DNA of 64,000 nucleotides from a virus: IMG/VR virus record IMGVR_UViG_3300043399_000509, one strand, 5' to 3'. The translations under genes were made by a program, and so were the position numbers. A model generated the notes under the pieces. The model worked only from the letters and a program-made list of their open reading frames with translations, made no database searches and had not been told where the DNA came from. Shown piece after piece: positions 59,375-64,000 of the stretch (positions are counted from its first letter, which is position 1; every line of letters starts with the position of its first letter).

Positions 59375-59390
59375 TGCATAGCAGCCATGC
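59375..59390. promoter_or_regulatory. Palindromic operator, copy 2 (inverted)
   Basis: TGCATAGCAGCCATGC is the exact reverse complement of copy 1; 10 bp upstream of TTGAAT. Confidence 0.6.
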
Positions 59391-59414
59391 TAAAAACGCA
59401 TAGCTACATACAAC

Positions 59415-59606
59415 TCAGGCTTCCCAAGCCCCATGTATTACACACCAGTCAGCAATACATTTCTCTTTTGTAATAAGAGAACTACGTTCACCAAACTTGC
59501 GAATCATTCTGTGTCGCCAATGATGCCAGTACAACTCCAAAATCTCATCCTCGGTTTTATACACAAGTTCTGGGGCACCGGGCTCATTATAGCAATAAGT
59601 TTTCAT
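59415..59606 (-). CDS. Hypothetical protein
   Basis: CIADWCVIHGAW motif. Confidence 0.55.
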   Translation of the reverse strand: MKTYCYNEPGAPELVYKTEDEILELYWHHWRHRMIRKFGERSSLITKEKCIADWCVIHGAWEA

Positions 59607-59791
59607 TTATCAACCTCTAAACTTTTGTCTAATAATGCTTCTACAAGATTTGTGTATTCTTTTAGAATTTCTGCTTTTTTGTTGACAACGATCCACACAT
59701 TTCTATTTTTTGCGTGGACCAATGCCAAGTCTCCTTTTTTACCTAAAAGGAAGCAATCTTGTGTAAGCATATCAAACTTCATTATTGCCAA
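59603..59791 (-). CDS. Hypothetical protein
   Basis: ORF in operon. Confidence 0.45.
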   Translation of the reverse strand: MAIMKFDMLTQDCFLLGKKGDLALVHAKNRNVWIVVNKKAEILKEYTNLVEALLDKSLEVDK

Positions 59792-60003
59792 CCTGTATCA
59801 AAGTCATCAACAAACCAAGAGTTATAGAATGTTCTACGCTTTTGAGACATAGGTGGAGTGAAGTCAATCTTATCGAAAGAAACGGCAGACTTACAACAAG
59901 TACAGGTACCAATATACATAACCATTTCGTTTTTCTTTATGGCTGGATAATAACTCCAGCTATGATAGTTGAAAAAACAGGCTATTCTTCTTAGAAATCT
60001 CAT
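59782..60003 (-). CDS. Small Cys/His protein
   Basis: MRFLRRIACFFNYHSW...CTCC; ATGA overlap with pit. Confidence 0.5.
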   Translation of the reverse strand: MRFLRRIACFFNYHSWSYYPAIKKNEMVMYIGTCTCCKSAVSFDKIDFTPPMSQKRRTFYNSWFVDDFDTGWQ

Positions 60004-60995
60004 ACCGTGAACTCCATAGCTAAGAACCAGAATGCATAGGCTAACAACGCAGAACAGGGAATAGTAAGAATCCAGGCAACCACAATATCTCGTGCTTTCT
60101 TCCATTTTACTTTTGGTTCGGGCTCGCTGGCACCTACACCAAGAATAGCACCTGTGATTGTGTGAGTTGTGCTAACAGGAATACCAACAGCACTGGCAAC
60201 AAATAACATACCACTACCACCAGCCTCAGCACAGAAACCCTGTTTACAGTTTAGACTTGTAAGTTTGAAACCAAGTGTTTGTACGATCTTCCATCCACCA
60301 GCAAGAGTACCAAGACCCATAACAGTAAATGAAACAAAAACAACCCACATTGGAATAGCATCTTCTTTTGTGAGATAACCACCAGCAATAAGGATTAGAA
60401 AGATAATACCTGCTGTCTTTTGGGCATCATTGGCACCGTGTCCCATTGAATAACACGCCGCTGAAACCAACTGTAGTCTTTTGAACCATTTGTTTGTGAT
60501 TGGTGTATCTTTTGGAAACATATTTCGCATTGCTGTATGAATACCAGCACCAAGAATAAATCCAATCATTGGAGCAACGACAATAAATGCCAGAATGGGA
60601 TAGAACCCAGGAAGAACCGCACCTGTACCAAAAGAAGGTACAGCAGCACCAATCAAACCACCAATCAAGGCGTGTGATGAACTTGTTGGCATTGCCAAAT
60701 ACCAAGTAATCATATTCCAGGTAATAGCACCCATCAAACAACCAAACACAACTTGTAGGGTGATTGCTTCAGGGGTGATAATACCTTTACCCATTGTTGC
60801 TGCTACTTTGAGCGAAATGAAAAACATAACAATAAAATTAAAAAATGCTGCCATACAGACAGCTTGAAGTGGTGTTAATGTTTTTGTTGCCACGACTGTT
60901 GCGATACTATTAGCAGCATCGTGGAATCCATTTGTGAAGTCAAATATCAGGGCGATAATGACTAGTGCACACGTTATATAAAATACTGTATCCAT
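60000..60995 (-). CDS. pit: PiT-family inorganic phosphate transporter
   Basis: NGFHDAANSIAT, PTSSSHA, HGANDAQK, PVSTTH. Confidence 0.95.
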   Translation of the reverse strand: MDTVFYITCALVIIALIFDFTNGFHDAANSIATVVATKTLTPLQAVCMAAFFNFIVMFFISLKVAATMGKGIITPEAITLQVVFGCLMGAITWNMITWYLAMPTSSSHALIGGLIGAAVPSFGTGAVLPGFYPILAFIVVAPMIGFILGAGIHTAMRNMFPKDTPITNKWFKRLQLVSAACYSMGHGANDAQKTAGIIFLILIAGGYLTKEDAIPMWVVFVSFTVMGLGTLAGGWKIVQTLGFKLTSLNCKQGFCAEAGGSGMLFVASAVGIPVSTTHTITGAILGVGASEPEPKVKWKKARDIVVAWILTIPCSALLAYAFWFLAMEFTV

Positions 60996-61003
60996 AAAAT
61001 CCT

Positions 61004-61459
61004 CTATTTTTTTCTACACCAATCAGTTGACTTTTTTTCGCCGTGATATTCAACTGCATGGCCTTTTTCAATCATTAGTTTACTAAGATATTTACCATCA
61101 ATCTCCAAGTCTCCCAAAACTCTACCTCCATACTTGTCCCACTTTTTCAAGTGAATCTTTACATCCTTTGCCTTAGATAATGTTTCTTCAACAAACTGTT
61201 TGGCAGCAATGGATTTCAAGTCTTCAAGTTTACATTTGGCAAGAATGCCTTTCTCTGGTGTATCAATACCAAGAACTCTCAGATTTAGTTTTTGATTTAG
61301 TTCTTTGGGTAAAAATGGTGCTTCAATCTCAATCGTGTCGCCGTCTATCACTCTATTGATTGGATAAGAATATGTTCCAGGTATTTGTACAAAATGACTT
61401 AGAACTGCCAGGGTAGCAGTAGCAGCAACGGCTGTCAATGTGGTTTTATTTTCTTTCAT
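61004..61459 (-). CDS. Thermonuclease (SNase-like)
   Basis: VIDGDT, RVLGIDTPE, DKYGGRVLG. Confidence 0.9.
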   Translation of the reverse strand: MKENKTTLTAVAATATLAVLSHFVQIPGTYSYPINRVIDGDTIEIEAPFLPKELNQKLNLRVLGIDTPEKGILAKCKLEDLKSIAAKQFVEETLSKAKDVKIHLKKWDKYGGRVLGDLEIDGKYLSKLMIEKGHAVEYHGEKKSTDWCRKK

Positions 61460-61461
61460 TC

Positions 61462-63177
61462 CTATGATATTATCCTACTGAAGTTTTTCACTTTTCCAAA
61501 CTTATATACTTTTTTGAACTTATCAATGAGTGAGTCTGTTTTGTGGCTGATGATAAGAACATTGGTATCCCCAACCAGCGACCACATAATCTTTAAAAAC
61601 TCATCTGTGCCATTGGCATCCAAAGAACCATCAAAGACCTCATCAAAGATAAGTAGATTGGTACTGGCACTGTTTCTTAGTTTTGCTATTGATCGCCAAG
61701 CCATAAGAATGGCAAGGTCTATACGAAACTTTTCACCCTCACTGAAGTTTTGATAACTAAACTCATCTCTGTATCTGGACTTTATTGTTTCTTCAAACTG
61801 TTCGTTGATATTGAAGTTCACAAAGAAACCCATATCCAGCAGGTATTTATTGATCTGTTTATTGATGATAGGCAGATACTGCTTGATGATTTTGGTTTTG
61901 ATACCGCCATCCTTGAGTAGTTGTGCGGCTGTATCAATATACTTTCTTTCTTCAAAGAGTTCAGTCTTTTCATTATAAAGACTCGATAGTTCGTTTGTGA
62001 TCTTATCAAGTTCTGCCTGACTGCTTTGAGATAGAGTATCAGCCTGTGATATATTATCGGCCTGTGCTTTCAGGGTCTTTATGTTGGAGTTGATATAGAC
62101 AATATTGGATTTGATCTGGGCTTGCTTTTCTCTCAGTTTGGATGCTTTCTGTAGCTTTGATTCAATCTCATTCAGTTCATCCACAACAGCAGACATTTGC
62201 TTGGCAATATCAGCAAGACCAGTTTTCAACTTGCCTATGTGTTCATTATGCGAACATATCTTGTTAGACTTGAATGTCTCATCCAAGTTTTGCTGACAGG
62301 TAGGGCAGGTAACATTCTCACCCAGAAACTTTACTTCACCCTCATATCTATTGAGATTGGTTGAAATCTGAGATTGAAGTGTGATAAGTTTTTTGTGCTT
62401 ATTCTTCAACTTGAACTGAGCCGTTGTTTCATCCAATAGACTATCGTGTTCTTTGGTAATTGTTTCCAAATCAGCAGTATACTTCTCAATAGCCTCTTTG
62501 TTTTCAGCAATAAGAGTTTCAATGTCTTTAATTTTGGAGGCATTATTTTCTTTTAGATTTTCCAGTGTCTTTTCTACAAAGACCTTTGAATCTTCCTTTG
62601 ACTTGATTTCAATCTTGTTCTTTTCAATGTTTTCTTTGTTGGCTTGAAGTTTCTGCTTTACAATACCAGACATCACAGAAAATACTTGAATATCAAGCAG
62701 GTCTTCAATCACAGCCCGTCTATCAGCAGGAGTCAACTGCATAAATGGTGTGAATGATGCTGATCCAAGAATAACAATCTGGCAGAATGTCTTGTAGTTC
62801 ATCCGCAAAATGAACTTTTCAAGGTAGTCCTGGTAATCCTTGGATGCTGAGTCTTGGTTGATAAAGACACCATCACAATGTATTTCAAATATAGTGGGTT
62901 TGATTCCCCTGATGATTTTATACTTCTTATTGTTTGTGGAAAATTCAATCTCAACCACACAGTTCTTCTCATTGATAGAATTACATAGTTGTGGTTTATT
63001 GATCTTCCTGAACGGCTTACCAAACAAAACAAAGCATAGAGCATCCAGGATTGTTGATTTCCCAGCTCCATTTTCACCAATAATCAAGGCATTTGAATAC
63101 TTGTTTAGTTCAATTTCCGTAAAGACATTACCAGTTGATAACAAGTTCTTCCAGCGGATTTTTTCGAATACGATCAT
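61462..63177 (-). CDS. 46: Rad50/SbcC-like recombination ATPase (gp46)
   Basis: GENGAGKST, CPTC zinc hook, FSEGEK, DEVFD. Confidence 0.96.
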   Translation of the reverse strand: MIVFEKIRWKNLLSTGNVFTEIELNKYSNALIIGENGAGKSTILDALCFVLFGKPFRKINKPQLCNSINEKNCVVEIEFSTNNKKYKIIRGIKPTIFEIHCDGVFINQDSASKDYQDYLEKFILRMNYKTFCQIVILGSASFTPFMQLTPADRRAVIEDLLDIQVFSVMSGIVKQKLQANKENIEKNKIEIKSKEDSKVFVEKTLENLKENNASKIKDIETLIAENKEAIEKYTADLETITKEHDSLLDETTAQFKLKNKHKKLITLQSQISTNLNRYEGEVKFLGENVTCPTCQQNLDETFKSNKICSHNEHIGKLKTGLADIAKQMSAVVDELNEIESKLQKASKLREKQAQIKSNIVYINSNIKTLKAQADNISQADTLSQSSQAELDKITNELSSLYNEKTELFEERKYIDTAAQLLKDGGIKTKIIKQYLPIINKQINKYLLDMGFFVNFNINEQFEETIKSRYRDEFSYQNFSEGEKFRIDLAILMAWRSIAKLRNSASTNLLIFDEVFDGSLDANGTDEFLKIMWSLVGDTNVLIISHKTDSLIDKFKKVYKFGKVKNFSRIIS

Positions 63178-63365
63178 ACTTTTCTATCTATTGTGAGATT
63201 ATTGTCTATACGAATATGTTTGTTGTTCCAGGTCCAACATTCACCTGTCTCTTGTTGAAAGCATACCCAAAGCAAATCAATTTCCAAGCCATAGTCAATA
63301 AGAAAGTGTGCTACTGCTTTTCCTTTGGGTGTTATCATCATCAAAGGTGGATTCAATTGTATCAT
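63174..63365 (-). CDS. Hypothetical protein
   Basis: QLNPPL..TPKG..A..LIDYG...GECWTW. Confidence 0.6.
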   Translation of the reverse strand: MIQLNPPLMMITPKGKAVAHFLIDYGLEIDLLWVCFQQETGECWTWNNKHIRIDNNLTIDRKV

Positions 63366-63367
63366 CA

Positions 63368-64000
63368 TTATTCAATATGTTCACTTTCCAATGCTTCAGC
63401 ATATATGTTTTTCATATAAGACTTCATTCTACCATTATCAATATTCAAAGTCAAGCCATCAATATACTTGTTCAATAGTGTTGGTGTATCCTGTGCCTGA
63501 TCCACAACCTCATCATCATTATCTATGATAGTAGAAATGTCTTCAACGATTGATATGTCCACTGGTGATACAGCATAGAGTTTATCCAACAGTAAATCAA
63601 AGGCATATGGATTTGTTCTGTTAGAGCATAGGACTTTGATATAACAATGGGCATACTCACTATAATCTGTTGATTGGATATGCTTCAACATATCTGGTTC
63701 TTTTACATCATCATATTCAATCGTTTTGAATATTCTGTGTGGATTACGAATAAACTCAAACTTCTTTGTTTCAGTATCAAAGACTGTAAATCCACGGGGA
63801 TCGCCATAGTCTGCCCAGGTATGTTCAGTAAAGGCACCAAGATAATGAATATTGCCTTGTGATGATTTAGAATGATAATGACCAGAAAACACCAAGTCAA
63901 AGTCTTTGAAAATACTTCTATCATCACCGTGATCTGAGACAATACCCTTGAATAACTGAAATCCAGTTATTTCAAAATGACCCATCAAAATCTTGGAAGA
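63368..64000 (-). CDS. 47: Mre11/SbcD-like nuclease (gp47), C-terminal part
   Basis: GHFEITGF, SGHYH, YLG; upstream of gene 46; runs off window end. Confidence 0.92.
   Translation of the reverse strand, partial: SSKILMGHFEITGFQLFKGIVSDHGDDRSIFKDFDLVFSGHYHSKSSQGNIHYLGAFTEHTWADYGDPRGFTVFDTETKKFEFIRNPHRIFKTIEYDDVKEPDMLKHIQSTDYSEYAHCYIKVLCSNRTNPYAFDLLLDKLYAVSPVDISIVEDISTIIDNDDEVVDQAQDTPTLLNKYIDGLTLNIDNGRMKSYMKNIYAEALESEHIE

Noticed and set aside
1-64000. Stop-codon reassignment
   Set aside because: Core genes are full length in the standard code, all three stop codons are used, and no suppressor tRNA is seen.

Overview
This is a 64-kb segment of a large T4-like myovirus genome, low in GC, with almost all genes on the minus strand and the standard genetic code. 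Several signals point to an alphaproteobacterial, possibly methylotrophic, host. It carries the T4 replication core: thyX (partial), primase 61, helicase 41, uvsX, polymerase 43, regA, 62/44/45, dNMP kinase, cobS/cobT-like genes, 46 and 47 (partial). It also has a late block of putative internal head proteins with T4-type capsid-targeting N-termini and TATAAATA promoters, lysis genes, five tRNA or tRNA-like genes, a ~10.6-kb nucleotide-sugar/glycosylation island, Dps, Hsp20, a PiT transporter, dUTPase and PAAR. The main highlight is a 29-aa PqqA (PQQ precursor peptide) gene, absent from the ORF track, on the opposite strand with its own RBS and terminator. Other highlights: uvsX fractured by a split intein around a homing endonuclease; an EcoRI-like nuclease plus methyltransferase inserted between genes 44 and 62; a ROSE-like RNA thermometer before hsp20; an Asn-body tRNA with an 8-nt anticodon loop; an unassigned structured RNA ending in CCA; and a probable GDP-colitose pathway. 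All calls come from reading motifs by eye; no database searches were run.
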